A stretch of 64,000 nt of DNA from contig NC_058368.1 in NCBI RefSeq assembly GCF_018350175.1, forward strand, positions 182,220,001 to 182,284,000, given 5' to 3'. The notes under the pieces were generated by a model. The model was given only the letters and a program-made list of their open reading frames with translations. It was not told where the DNA came from and did no database searches. The DNA comes from Felis catus. Its lineage: Eukaryota. The position numbers were made by a program, and so were the translations under genes. Below are positions 12,431 to 26,491 of the stretch, piece after piece (position 1 is the stretch's first letter; the number at the start of each line of letters is the position of its first letter).

Positions 12431-12984
12431 GTACTAACAATGTATACATATATATATATATATTTTTTTTTCCTTAGAAGGCACCTAAAGACACCAGGAT
12501 TCTGATTTTCAAATGACAGCATTCTTACAACGACTCTGCCATGCTGCAATCAATAAAAGCTAAACAAAGGGGAGAAATTGGGAGAGAAATATATGCCTTT
12601 GAAACACTATTTGAACAACAACAAACACTTCAATTTAAAAATTTTAGTGGCAATGAGGATATCATGCTAATTTAAAAAACTATAAGAATTATTCTCAGCA
12701 CTGTATCCTAGTGAAATTCATTTTACAAGAAACCTAAAATTCATAGAATCTTAGAAGTGATATCCATACTCTTCAGCACTTGCATATTTCTTTGAAAGAT
12801 GACTCTCATCTCTGTTTGAACACTTCTAGTGACCTGCTGATTATTGGTGGGTTCTACAAGGTAAAAATATGGAGACATGAATAAAAGAGTGTCATTTACT
12901 GATATAACCACCCTTGAGAAAGAAATTGACTTTGGGGATCTTATACAAGATCATATTTTAAACATGATACCAAGGGTTCCATTG

Positions 12985-13195
12985 TTAGACTGCCCAGGTC
13001 TGAATTTCTGCTTTAACTCTTACTAGCTTTGTGACCTTGGATATGATACTTAACTTTTCTAAACCTCAGGTTTCTCTTTTGACAAACTGTTACAGGAAAA
13101 CTTAATTTGTAGGGTTCTAGAGTGTTCTAAATAAAAATATTTGGGGAAAACACTTGAACTGTGCCTGATCCGTAGTAGACACTAAATACAAGTGA
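12985..13195 (+). mobile_element. MIR SINE
   Basis: TTACTAGCTTTGTGACCTTGG...ACTTAACTTTTCTAAACCTCAG core; TGTGCCTGATCCGTAGTAGACACTAAATA tail. Confidence 0.75.
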
Positions 13196-13638
13196 GGTAT
13201 TTGAAGACAAGGAATAATTTTATTATCTAAATTTATAATAATAAATTGCACTTCTGCAAAATGGGAAAAGAAATGAAAAATTGCATAAAAGGTGCCAGAC
13301 AGTTTTACTATGCAACTGAAATGCTATGACTTTAGAAGGGTGATATTTAAGTAAAGTGAATTTAGGTGTTCCAAATAATTGAAATTCTTTTCTTTAACTG
13401 ACCTAATATAAGCATTATATTACTAAAATATATGTCTTATCACAGATGCCCTGAAAATGTTACAGCATTTTCCTTCCCTCTGCAGTGCATATACACAATC
13501 TAAGAACTAGTTTTTAAAATGTTTTACAGAGAGATATATATCCTATATAATCTCCTATTAAACAACATATATATCCAAATTAGAAAATTTCGTTAATAGA
13601 AATAAAATATAAGCAAACTTAAAAGTGGACAAGGGAAA

Positions 13639-13848
13639 GGGCGCCTGGGTAGCTCAGTTGGTTGGTTAAATGGCCGACTTCAGCTCAGGTCATGATCTCA
13701 CGGTCTGTCTGTGAGTTCGAGCTCCGTGTCAGGCTCTGTGCTGACAGTTCAGAGCCTGGAGCCTGCTTCAGATTCTGTGTCTCCCTCTCTTTCTGCCCCT
13801 TCCCTGCTTGCACTCTTTCTCAAAAATAAATAAACTTATTTTTTTTCT
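13639..13848 (+). mobile_element. Can-SINE
   Basis: 17-bp TSD AAAGTGGACAAGGGAAA at 13622-13638 and 13849-13865. Confidence 0.95.
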
Positions 13849-13884
13849 AAAGTGGACAAGGGAAAATATTTAAATCATAGTAGC

Positions 13885-14075
13885 CAGAAACCTGGACTGG
13901 ACGTTGCAGTAGAAGATTCATTGGTTATTCTAAAGCCTGCCATTAATAATGTGGTTAGGTCACTTAATTTCTCTCTAGGGTTCAATTTCCTCTAGATCAA
14001 ATCTATTCTAAAACAAATGGAATGGGATTGATTATCTCTGAGGACCTTTGCAATTCTAAAATGTCACAATTCTAT
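13885..14075 (+). mobile_element. MIR3/MIRc relic
   Basis: GTCACTTAATTTCTCT...TCAATTTCCTC; ATCTCTGAGGACCTTTGCAATTCTAAAAT tail. Confidence 0.5.
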
Positions 14076-15161
14076 ACTTTTAAGTTCCCTTTTTGCAGCA
14101 TAGATCAAAACATAAATAGCCTGGTAAACTTTTCTTTGCACACAAGTGTGATTATGCAGCAAAATCATTTGTTCTTGACCTTGGTCTTGACATAAATAAA
14201 AATTCCATCACAGAAACCATAGAAAATCAGAAGGAGTCCAGTTCACTATGAAGCATGCTGTGTTTCTTTTGAAAAAGACACATGACATTTGGTTTACGTG
14301 TTCTAAAGCTGTGATAACATCAAAACCCATAGAAGAACTTCACTAATGAGGCTTTAAGAGTTGCGAAAGGAGGAAATACACCAGACAAAAAAGATTTGTA
14401 ATTAGCACATCACTTATTTGTGCATTAAGTAGGTGATCCTGAAGCGCTATAAGGAGCTTAAAAACAAATATTTCCATAAATACTTCAAGCATTTTCTTGC
14501 TTCTGGTTTATACTTTTAATTCATACCAACACTGAAGAAAAAGATCACTATGTAAAAACAGATAGTCTTCAAATCTTTTCAATTTTTGTTTACTTTGGTT
14601 TTGTGGACATTTAACTGAATGGGTTTGGGCTCTAATGTTAAAATGCTGTTTAGCGTTATGTTCATAATTTAATAAATAGCAAAACTGAGGGGAAAGTGCT
14701 TATGTTTTAGAAAAACACACACATAAGGCCTCTATTTTTTTCTCAGAAAAAAAAAATCAACTTTGTAGTAAAACAAAGAGAGACAATAAAATGTGAGATG
14801 GCTTTCCCAATGACAAAATGCTTTCGTGCCACCCTGGATAGAAAACTTATTCAACAGATTTAGGATCTCTGGATCAGATTTTTTTTTCTAGATTTTTAAT
14901 TATGACCTGTGTAATCTTATATAAAGTAACTTTGAAAAAGGTGGCAAAGTCTCTTATGGAATAATAACGGCAAATGAACTTCAAGGTCAAGGAAGGAACA
15001 GATGCCACCTATTGTTTGATTAATTGGACAAATTAAATTCATGAATTAGAGGAAAGAGACCTTCTAACCTTTCACATGCCCATCCTCAGAAGATGAGTTC
15101 CAGTATCATAATGGGGCCAAGAATTAATTGGAAATTACTGAAACAAATTTTTTTCCTTCAC

Positions 15162-15595
15162 TTTTTTTTATTGAGGCATAATTGACATATAACATTATAT
15201 TAATTTCAGGTGTACAACATAATTATTTGTGTATGCTTGCGTATATTGCAAAATGATCACTGAAATATATCTAGTTAACATCTGTTACCCTACATAGTTA
15301 TACAATTTCTTTTTTCTTGTGATAAGAACTTTTAACATTTCCTCTCTTAGCACCTTTCAAATAAGCAATACAGTATTATTAACTATAGTTGTAATGCTTT
15401 ACAGAACATCTTCATGACTTGCTTATTTTATAACTAGAGGTTTGTACCTTTTGATTCCCTTCACCCTTTTCTTCCACCCCATTCCCTGCCTCTGGCAACC
15501 GCCAATCTAGTGTCTGTATTTATGAGGTTTTTTTTTTCCTCCAAATTATACTTATAGTGAGATCATATTGTACTTGTCTTTTCTGTCTGATTTAT
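15162..15595 (-). mobile_element. L1 3'UTR fragment (L1MA9/L1_Carn-like)
   Basis: TTTTATTGAGGCATAATTGACATATAAC...TTTCAGGTGTACAACAT...CCTCTGGCAACC. Confidence 0.85.
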
Positions 15596-18099
15596 CAAAT
15601 TTTGACAATTCAGAATTAATGTGTTCATAATGCCATGGTTGGTTATTTTATGGTATCAGGAAAATTAAAGACAACACTTTCTAAAAAATGTTGCACAAAA
15701 GAAAGTATATGCACTACAAAAAGCATATGTGATGTTACCTCTCTCAAGTCCCATAACTGGAACTCTGATTTTGGCATATCATCATACAAGTGGAGATGCT
15801 TTTAATAAAGCTGTTTCAACTTAATAGCATCTCATAAATCACAATCACCATTTCTTTAATAAAATGTAAATAATCACTTCAAAGGCAATGGGTATTTCAT
15901 ACAGAACCCCAAAACAGAATTTGCATTAAACTGAAAATTGATCTGTGCTTCACCACACAGTAATTTGACCTAAAGATAACATTCTTATTCCCACAGCTAC
16001 AAGATGTGAGTTTCAGGCAATGGAATCATTTAAGAAGCACAAGGGGGAGTATATTTTATAATGTAAATATGTCTCTGTCAAGTTCTAATGTAACAAAATA
16101 CAGAAATCCATGGGCTTAGCAGTGTTTATGTAGGCTTTCACCACATGAACTGTGACAATAGGAATGGTAAACAAAAACTTCTAGGAAATCAACGTTTCTC
16201 ATTTCACTTCATGCTTCATTTCATGCTAAGTAATTTGTGGATTACTGAGTTTAAGAGAAGAGGGACTTTGAAATGAATGTCCAAACATGGTGGTCCCATA
16301 AGGCATTTCTTCTACTATTGGCTATGGACCAACACTGTTTGAAATGTGTACTTGAGTGCTGCAGGGACAACAGACTGTCCTTGCTACTGGTGTGGAGAGG
16401 ATGTAGTCATTGAAAAGACAAGGGGTAGACATTCCCTTTGGTTTTCTTAAGGGAAGTGCAATCTGTAAGGTAGAGTGAAACACATGGGAAAGGAAATAAA
16501 TTATGGAAAGTCCAATGAATTGAGAGCTTTTAAGGGAATCAACATGCTATAGAATTAGCTTTTATTTACCATTCACAATACTGAAGTCAGCAACTAGTCC
16601 TCAACACTGGTTTCTTTGACTGTATCATGCAACAAAGCACAAAGCCTGCTGTCCATAAAAATCAAAACAGAGTCATACCTTATGAAAATGACAAGTCCTA
16701 ATCAATCTAGCCTCCCTTTACTGCCTGGTAATGAGAGAATCTGACACCACCTGACACTGTGCACTCATATAAAACTTCAGACATATCATGCAAGAGATTC
16801 ACAGATCAATCCCCACCCCCACGAAACCAATGGAGAGAGAAAAGCCATTTTCAATGGGTCCAGTGAAGCAGAACCCAACTAACTATAATTCCTTCCCCCC
16901 CACTCCCGACCTATACTGGAGTTGGTGTCTAATGAAAAAGGTTAGATGGTTAGTAGTAACATTGAATATAGTGGCTCTGACATGGCACTGTCACTCAGTA
17001 CATTTTCTCATCCACTTACATGTAACACCAATAAGCATCATGTTAGAGTTGATCTTGATTACAACACTGAACTTCACCTACAAAATCTTGTACCGTGATA
17101 TAGGGCTATGGCTGGATATAGTCCATTAAAAACAAATTACTTATTCAATATTAAGTTCATAATGTTTTATCTGGTGCTACAAAATTCAATTTGTTGTCGC
17201 TTATTTTAGATGTAGTTCAAAGAAATTTTAGGAAAAAGAAAATAGTATTGTTATGACTGTAGGGTATATAATCCTACAATTAAACACAATACTTCAAAAA
17301 AAAAAAACCTCTATTGTCCTGTGACATTATTAAAAAATACTTTGTTAGGCATTCCTCTGACAGCAAATTTACCAATATCTTCCCAAGACATGAATTCTGG
17401 AACCCATTAATAGGTTTATTAGTTGTAAACAAATTGTTCTAAAGTAATATTCTGAATGGTAGCATTGGCTGGAATAGTTTGAATATTCAAATTAGTGAGT
17501 TTAGTTACAAGAATGTTTATTACTGGATGATCTATTAACACAGGTGTTGAGACTGCTATTTGGAAGTACAAAAAGGAATGATTTCTATGTTTATATAATT
17601 TGAACTATACTGGTTGTATATTTCAGCTGGGTAAAAACTGGAAAAAAAAAAAACTTTCTCTAATTCCCAGCTGCAGCATCTATCTCTAAGGAAGAAGGAT
17701 TTTGTAGTATCCCAAAGTAACACTCACCACAAAAGATGGGGTTACTTTGCTGTAAACAGAACCATATACAGATCCATTAAAGCTCATTACAGGTTTTTAT
17801 TTCTTAATAGGAGTGTGCTGCTGCTATAGGAATCCATACATCTTCACCCATTAGAGAATGACTCATGACTGGTGACTGGTGTCTAATTGGATGCTTTATT
17901 GTCTCTGAACATATCATCTGCTCCTACATTTCTGTTCCCTGTAAGGTCTCTCAGGGACTTAATCAAAGCTCTATGTTTCGTAGGGGGAGTACAACTGAAC
18001 TTCTGGTTACTTTGGGAATAGGGTTGTAGTTGTGAGCAGGAATTCAAAAGATAGAGTATCTAGATCTGAATCCTCATTTTGAAAAAAATCTTCACGTGC

Positions 18100-18505
18100 A
18101 AGACTCTGTTGTCTTTGTGCAAGAGTTTCGCAAAAGTATACACCAAGTGGTAGTGTAGCATTTCTTGGCTGAGGATATGCAAATGTTCAACTTGCCTAAT
18201 TGATGCTATTGTACCAACTTCCAAAGTGGTCGTATCAGTAGATATGCACATCACTATTGGATGAGAGTACCCACTGTCCCATATCTTTAACAACCCTTGA
18301 TGTTACCTGAGTTAACACTTATCTGAAAGAAATTATGATTATAATATAATATGGTTAATATGGTTGAACACCTTTTCATATGTTTGTGAGCCATCTGCCT
18401 TTCCTTTTTTTGTGTGTGTATTGCTACTCATTTCTTTTCCCCAGTTTTTCCATTTCATTGCTTGCCTTATCTCATTGAATCATTTGAGTTCTTTATACAT
18501 TGGGT
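18100..18505 (-). mobile_element. Ancient L1M/L1ME fragment
   Basis: TTCCAAAGTGGTCGTATCA, GTTGAACACCTTTTCATATGTTT, GAGTTCTTTATACATT motifs. Confidence 0.65.
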
Positions 18506-18719
18506 AATTCACTCAAACTTCCAGAAGCTCAGTATCCTTGCATTAACATGAAGATAATATTAGGATTTAATTGTTAGTTATGAAGGATACATGAGATAAT
18601 AGATTTTAAAATGCTTAAAATATTGTGTGGCATAAGCTGAGATCTAGTTAGTATATTACTAATAAGTAAATGTTTGCTATGACTAATTGTCTTCTATAGC
18701 CATATTAGATAAAAAAGCA

Positions 18720-21700
18720 ATTAGTGGCTAGAATGAAGTTGTATGAGAATTCCAATATACTAGCCTATCTTTCCATGTAGAGTACAGAAAGTCACAGGAG
18801 AATGTTGCTCCCACCCAAGCAATAACAATAAACTAAATAACATACATAATCCCAGTTTATTAAAGCCTATTAGAAAGCAGAAGTCACAAAGAAACTACAT
18901 AAAGTAAAAAATCCAAAAAATGTCAGACTGCTTCTAAGACAAAAGAGCATTGTTACTGTTTTCCTCCTTGAAAGAGAAAGAGGAAGAGGGGGAAGTCTCC
19001 ATAGATGTGGGTAAAATCACCTGAACTTATCAGAAATTTAAAGTCTGAATGTATACGGTATGGCAGCTTACAATCCAGGAACTCTAGAAATAAGAGAAAT
19101 GTGTGCCCACACTCGATAGGCCTTTGCAAAATGTTAATGAGAAAAACTGGGGGCAGTGTAGGTCAGCTGAAAGAGGCACTTTCTGAGGCACAGTCATATG
19201 TGGATCTCTAATATTTGAAAGTGAAGTTGAGGACTTGGAGAAACTCCGCAGATAATTTGGTTCTTACACTGAGGAACTGGAAGCAGCTGGCTACCCCTGG
19301 GGGAAGGGTAGGAGAACTGAAAGTGCCCCTCTACCTCTGAAACAGGGTCACAGAACCTGCTGAATGGTGAGGGTAGGGATTGAGAACTGGGAGAAACCTT
19401 AGGGATACTCTGAGCCTCATCCATTGAGTATGAAGCAGGGGCTATCCATGGCTGTACAGCTGGAGATGGGGCAGGAAAGCCAAAAGGGACCTTCCTGAGG
19501 CAGAGACACATAGGACCCATTGAAGTGGGAAGGCAAAGCAGGATGAAAGAAGTCTGAGAGATGTCTCACAGGCAGTTGAGGCCTTTCACTGTGTACTAGG
19601 CAAGAGCTACCTACAAGGAGGAGAGGCAGGATTAAAAAAAGGGGGGGAAGGGTCACTCTAGACATTCAGATTCTACATCAACTAATTTTAAGCTTGTGGT
19701 GAAATGAATCTAACTAAAGCAACACAAAGTCCAGATTTATTTCAAATATGAATTAGACTGGAACTAGATTATCAACCCAAATACTAATGGTTGGGTGGAA
19801 TTATATACTTCAATCTTTATTTATGTTAGAAATTCAATAAAAATATGAAATATACAAATTAGCAAGAAAATGTGATCCATCATAAAGAAAGGAAACAAAT
19901 TAGATAAGATATAGTCCAGATGTTAGAATTTTTAGAGAGTAGCTTTAAAACAACTATGATGAATATGTTGGAAAAGGTTCACAACATGCGAAAGCAGATG
20001 GAGAGATGAAAACCATAAAAGGACCTCAATGGCAATGCTAGAAATAAAGGGGAAAAATGATAAAGATAAAAGTCCTTTGGTGGATTTATCAGCAGACAGA
20101 GAACAGCACTGGATGAGATCAGTAAATGTGAAGACAGATCATTACAAGCAAAAAGATGAACAATAAAACAGGACACAAGAACTGAAAGATAATATCAAGT
20201 AGTCTAATACATATGTATTTGGCATCATAGATGGAGAAGGGGGAGAAAATAGGACAGAAGAAATATTGAAGAGATAGTGGCCATGAATTTCTCTAACATT
20301 TATGAAAGAAACCACTCCACAGGTTTAATAAGTTAAGTAAACTACAAACAGGATAAATACAAAGAAACCCAAATCAAGAACATCATAGTTATACTACTGA
20401 AAAGCAAAGATAAACAAGGAATATAAAAATCAGCCAGGGGGAGAAGACACATTACACAGGAAAAAATGATGAGACTGGCAGCTGACTCCTTACCAGCAAA
20501 AAAATGACATTCTTTAAAAAACCAAAAAAAAAAAAAAAAAAGGGGAGGGGTTCTATATTCAGCACAAATAATCCTTAAAATTAAAAGCAAAATAAGACAT
20601 TTCAGAGACAAAACATGGAAGAAATTTCTCCAATAGATATGTTCTACAAGAAACTTTAAAAAATGCTCTAGCCTGAAGGACTATGATATGCAATAGAAAA
20701 TCAATTCTTCAGGATGGAATGACAAACATCAAGGGCAAATGTGTCAATAAATATAAAGGAACTTGGGATACATGATAGAAATATAGATGGATAGATAGAT
20801 AGATAGATATTTTAAATCTCTTTTAAAGGCTATTGACTGCATAAGTGTTGACAATGTGATATGTATTTATAGCATATATTAAGGTAAACTCCATGGAAAC
20901 AAGAGAACAAAAGGCAGGAAGGTAATAAGTAAATGTACATCATTGTAAGAGTGTTACTAATTGGCAAAATAAAAATTTTTGAAGTTAAATTGATAAAGAA
21001 GTACATTACAATATGTATAGTACCAATAAAAATAATATAAAAATCCATGATAAACAATCAACAGAAGAATAAAATGGAATACGCAATCTATTCTATTCAA
21101 TAAAATAAGCAAGAAAGGAGAAATGGAGTGATAAAAAGCATAGAAAAAAAATAGAAATCAAATATGATATTAGATTTAAACCCAAATGAATTATAGTGAG
21201 TGTAAATAAAGTAAGCCCAAATTAAAAAAGAGATATTGTCAAACTGGATAAAAAAGACTCAACTGTATGTTTTTTAGAAGGAGCACAATTTAAACATAAA
21301 GATACAAATATGTTGAAACTAAAAGGAAAGGAAAAGTTATGTCATGCAAAAATTATTTTAAAAGCTGATGTGGCTGGGGTGCCTGGGTGGCTCAGTGTGT
21401 TAAGCGTCCAACTGCAGCTCTGGTCATAACCTCACAGTTCGTGAGTTTGAGCCCGGCTTCGGGTCTGTGCTGATAGCTCAGAGCTTGGAGACCGCTTCGA
21501 ATTCTGTGTCTCTCACTCTCTCTGCCCCTTCCCTGCTCATGTTCTGTCTCTCTCTTTCAAAAAATAAACATTAAAAAATTTAAAAGCTGTTGTAGTTATA
21601 TTAAAAAGGAGACTTCAGGATGGAGAATATTATTAGTGAAAAAGAGAAGCATTTCAAATTATGAGTTAAATAATCCAGAAGACATAACAATCTTAAATAA

Positions 21701-22345
21701 TAATAATCTTAAGTGTTTCTACCTAATACCACAGATTCCAAATACATGAAGCAGAAATTGACTGAATTGAAGGGCTAAACTGAAAAAACTGTCCAGTTTC
21801 AGAAAGTCTTAATAAAAAAAAAAGGATCATAAACCTACAGAATAAATTTGCTAAAAACAATGGTGTCAAATTTGAAGCATAATAGGAAGTCATTTGAACT
21901 ATTTAAGAATAATCTGAAGAAATAACAAATTTTGAAATAACCAATGGGCCAAAGAAGAAATTACAAAGGATGGTCTTAAAAAACCTGAACTGATGGACAC
22001 TGCCAACAATACAACATATCAAAAGCTATAGGATGTAGCTAACATACTCTTTAAAGGCAACTCTGTAAAAGGGTAAATCAATAGATCAAATCAGCAAAGA
22101 CAAAATTTGGTTCTTAGAAACGTTTAATAAAATTTATAATCCTTAGACTTATAGAAAAAAGAAAAAACAGAAACTACAAATATCAGGAATTTTAAAGAAG
22201 ATATAATACAGATGCTATGGATATTAAAAGAATAGTTTACTTATGCCAATAAATTTGATAACCTAATAAAATGGAAAATTTCTTATAAAATACAACTTAT
22301 CATAACTGAAACAAGTAGAAAATGAACAAGTTCTCTACCCATTAT
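18720..22345 (+). mobile_element. Ancient L1M element: 5'UTR, decayed ORF1 and 5' part of ORF2 (endonuclease), interrupted by a SINE
   Basis: A-rich ORF1-like text at 19850-20750; at 21250-21350 GACTCAACTGTATGTTTTTTAGAAGGAGCACAATTTAAACATAAAGATACA matches the decayed endonuclease DPTICCLQETHFKYKDT; no intact frame. Confidence 0.8.
21376..21581 (+). mobile_element. Can-SINE inserted in the old L1
   Basis: Full structure; degenerate TSD AAAAGCTG(A/T)TGT. Confidence 0.9.
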
Positions 22346-23359
22346 TTTTTTTAATTTATAAACTTCTAATATATTTATGATACAGCCACCTAAAAATTAG
22401 GATCATATAATAAGGTAACCTATACATTGGAATGTGTAAAACTTGCATATGGCAAAAGGGAACTTAAAATGATGAAACAACCATGAAATTTACATGTATC
22501 TATACCAATATACCCTAGGTGCATATACCACATGGTGTATTTTACTCTACTAACCTAGAACTGTTGGGTAAGACAAGGGGAAAGAGGAAATTAAAAGTCA
22601 TTTGATATGTTTAGTACACTAGACTCTGTGGTATAAATTTTTAATTAGGAGAGCAAATGATTTCTATAAGGAAATAGATTCTTCTCTGTTTTTCATGAAA
22701 CTTGAGATCTTGAAATCTAATTCAGCTTAATACATGGGAAGACAACATGAAATTTTGAAGATAGGTGATGAATGTCTGAGCACCTGCCACTCTTAAAGCT
22801 CAAAGAGATCCAATAATTTAGATGAGGATTTAGAGCCACCTACTCAGGGTAAATGGAGGATTTAGACCTAAGTCTACCTGATTCAAAAGCTTGTGTTCTC
22901 TTCAATATGCCAATACTATAGCTTGTTTGGCAACTACTGATGATAAGCATAACCATCTGACCTACCTTCCGATTTTCAGACTTCCTCATAATTTTATTGT
23001 CATTAAAGGCAACTATGTCTAGTTTAGGTAATAGTGTAGACCAAGCTACTAATTTACTACTTGATTCATCTTACTATAGAAAATGTGTAACAAACAGCAT
23101 CAAATATTATATGTAGTTTACATGGAGAGTGAATTATTAAGTTTTGGAAAAAAAGAAAAAGAACAGTACCACACTAGAAATACGGAGACCTATGCTTTTT
23201 ATGTTATCTTTGACATTTATAAAGAAATCTCTCAGACTGAATCTCTTCATCTATACTTCATCCATGGTTCTCAACTCTTAAGGGTAAGGAACTGAGACAC
23301 CCTGAAGTCTGTGTTTGTTTCCATTTGGGAAATCATGTTCTTAAAATATTCAACAAATA

Positions 23360-23568
23360 GGGGTGCCTGGGTGGTTCAGTCGGTTAAGTGTCCCATCGTG
23401 ATCTCACGGTCCGCGGGTTCGAGCCCCGCGTCAGACTCTGTGCTGACAGCTCAGACCCTGGAGCCTGTTTTGGATCCTGTGTCTCCCTCTCTCTCTGCTC
23501 CTCCCCCACTCACACTCTGTCTCTGTCTCTCAAAAATAAATAAACATTAAGAAAAAAATAAAAAAAAA
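23360..23568 (+). mobile_element. Can-SINE with a short internal deletion
   Basis: Head, B-box GTTCGAGCC, tail; TSD ATT(C/T)AACAAATA. Confidence 0.9.
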
Positions 23569-23628
23569 TTTAACAAATAAATACAATGCCACCAATGACA
23601 ACAAAATGTTAAAAAATCACGAGAGTTA

Positions 23629-23838
23629 GGGTGCTCGTGTGGCTCAGTCAGTTAGGCATCTGACTCTTGATTTCAGCTTGGGTCATGATCTCACAGTTCA
23701 TGAGTTCAAGCCCCACATTGGGCTCTGTGCTGACAGTGTGGAGCCTGCTTGGGATTCTCTCTTTCTTTCTGTCTCTGCCCCTTCCGTGCTTGTGCGGTCT
23801 CTCTCTCTCTCCAAGTAAATAAATAAACTTAAAAAAAA
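23629..23838 (+). mobile_element. Can-SINE, older subfamily
   Basis: GACTCTTGATTTCAGCT...GGAGCCTGCTTGGGATTCTCT; A tail. Confidence 0.9.
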
Positions 23839-23974
23839 TTCACAAGAATCAATAAGCTCAAGGTCTTCTTTGGTTCAGGAATGATAGTAGAATATAGAGA
23901 TTGAAATTCATCAGTCCACAAATACTTCCTGAGTGTCTACTGTGTGAAAATGGTAAACAACAGCAACAATAAAC

Positions 23975-24212
23975 AAAAATAGCTAATGCATACACAGGCT
24001 AGATCATTCACTGGTCTACCTTTTTGCACACATTAACTCATTTAATCATCCCAACTGTCCCATGGTATAGGTACTATTATCCCCATTTTACAGATAAGAA
24101 AACTGAGGCTCAGAAATGTTAAGTAACTTGTTCAAAATTACATTCCAAGTGGCAGAGCTGGAAATCAAACTGAAGCTGTCTGGCTCAGGCAGAGTATGTG
24201 CTCTTATCACAA
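23975..24212 (-). mobile_element. MIR SINE
   Basis: ATTATCCCCATTTTACAGATAAGAAAACTGAGGCTCAGA core. Confidence 0.9.
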
Positions 24213-24377
24213 TGTTGTAGAAAGACATTTTGTTTCTATTCTAAAGAAACCTCAATAATAACATAAAAATAGAAACAAATATTAAAAGTACAAACTTGTT
24301 AAAATGATTTGGTAAATGTTTCATAATCTTAAAGAAGAAGATCGGTGAGGGCTAAAACTTTTAAAAGTGACACTATA

Positions 24378-24579
24378 GGGGCGCCTGGGTGGCTCAGTCG
24401 GTTAAGCGTCTGACTTTAGCTCAGGTCATGATCTCACAGCTTGTGGGTTCGAGCCCTGCATCCACCTCTGTGCTCACAGCTCGGAGCCTGGAGCCTGCTT
24501 CAGCTTCTGTGTCTCCCTCTCTCTCTGCCCCTCTCCTGCTCTGTCTCTCTCTCTCAAAAATAAATAAACATTAAAAAAA
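24378..24579 (+). mobile_element. Can-SINE
   Basis: TSD TTAAAAGTGACA(C/G)TATA at 24361-24377 and 24580-24596. Confidence 0.95.
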
Positions 24580-25384
24580 TTAAAAGTGACAGTATAAAGA
24601 AGAAATACTTCATTTGGGCCACTAGCAATGAGTAAGACTTGGATAGAGGGTCAACATTCTAAACAGCTAAAATTTTAAAAATACTTTAGCTTTTATTTAT
24701 TCTACTTGAGCTTGACTGAAGTTCAGATGACTGTGTATTTCAGGATAGGAAAATGAATAAAATTACTCTTCTAAGAAAGGGTGGGTATTTATAAGGATGA
24801 AATTTCCTCAGTTTTTTTTTTTTTAACGGTAGTTCTTTCTCTCCCTTGTGTGTTTTAATAAATGATTTGAAGAATAGTAGTTGAAGTAGAGTTTCAAGGA
24901 AATAACCCTCCTGCCTCAAATATCTTGGCCTTCAAATGTTGGGGTTCAAAGCAATGTATGAAGCTTCCAGTATAGAAAGGAAGGTTTTTCCCCTTTAGTA
25001 ACCCCATTGAAGTGAAATGTTCACTATTAAGAACTACTCACTTCCTTACTCATTGGTGGTCGGTTTGGCTAATGGGTATGAGGTTAAAAAAAAAAAAAAA
25101 ATTGTCCCCATCAAAGGATCTATGAAACATCTTTACATCATTTTCCTTCAGTATCAAATGCAAATACTATAGGAGAGGCTTTTACATTTAATAATGTTTA
25201 GCAAAAATATTTTTTTTTTTAGTTTGGTTTAGCAAAAATAGTTTTTCCAGGCCACTTTTCTCTGGACCCCAGAAACATGAAAAAAATAAGTGTCCTGGGC
25301 TGAGTGCCAGGTCTGCTCCTATGTTGTAAGGATCAAACCAGTTAATGACTGCAAAAGTGCCTTGTACACTGTGAGGTCTATATC

Positions 25385-25578
25385 ACTGATTATTAACCTT
25401 TGGGGAGCATGAATCCCTTGTAATTGTGACAAAGCCACAGATTATTTATGTGAGAAGAATGTATACATGTACATATCATCACCACAAGCAGCCACAGGAT
25501 TATGCATATGATTTCAGGGAATCTGTGGGCCTCTCCACAATAGCTAGATGTTCCATGGACCCTAAATCAACAACCTCA
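25385..25578. mobile_element. hAT-Charlie MITE, MER103C-like
   Basis: TTAACCTTTGGGG...ATGCATATGATTTCAGGG...CCATGGACCCTAAATCAACAACCTCAG resembles the recalled consensus. Confidence 0.55.
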
Positions 25579-25943
25579 GGCCCATGGTGATAGGAGATTA
25601 TTCTTTTGAATTATAAAGAGAAATCTTCTAAAAAGGCAGCACAGGATTCCATTCTCTATTCAACTTCCTCTTTCTCCATTTTTGGGTATCTAATAACATG
25701 CCAATTTTCTTTTCCTTTTTTAGTATTACTTCAATAATAACTTTATAATAACTTTAAAAAACAAATTACGGTAATTAAATTACTAAATTTAATTTTATAT
25801 TATTGCTATTTAATATCAATATTACTTTCAATATTGATATATTAATACTGATATATTGCTCAAATGAATGTCAGATTGGGCTGACATTTAATTTTTATTT
25901 CTGTTATCATCCTTACCACCACTGAATCATTTGCAAGAATTTT

Positions 25944-26304
25944 TATTATTTATTTATTTTAGGTTTATTTATTTATTTTATTATTTTTTTTTTTACGTTT
26001 TATTTATTTTTGAGAGAGAGAGACAGAGTATGAGTGGGGGAGGGACAGACAGAGAGGGAGACACAGAATCTGAAACAGGCTCCAGGCTCTGAGCTGTCAG
26101 AACAGAGCCCAACCTGGGGCTCGAACCCACGAACCATGAGATCATGACCTTAGCTGAAGTCGAACACTTAACCAGCTGAGCCACCCAGGCACCCCAAGGT
26201 CTATTTATTTATTTAAGCAATCTCTACACCCAACTTGGGGCTTGAACTCATGACCCTGACATCAAGAGTTGGATGCTCTTCTGATTGAGCCAGCCAGGTA
26301 TCTT
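25944..26304 (-). mobile_element. Short old Can-SINE (outer element of the nested pair)
   Basis: Body at 26215-26304; outer TSD TTTGCAAGAATTTT on both sides. Confidence 0.85.
25979..26195 (-). mobile_element. Can-SINE nested in the tail of an older SINE
   Basis: TSD AGGT(T/C)TATTTATTTATTT at 25961-25978 and 26197-26214. Confidence 0.9.
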
Positions 26305-26491
26305 CATTTTTGCAAGAATTTTAAGATATATATCCAAATTTAGAAGCTTGAATTAGTTGATTTAACATTTCAATAACTCAAACATTTTTTTCCATTCTTA
26401 TCTATAATTATACCTGTGGAAAATAGTTTCACTGATGGTTATTAAAAAAAAACTGGAAATGTGAGTCTTCATTAAAACAGATTATACTTTT

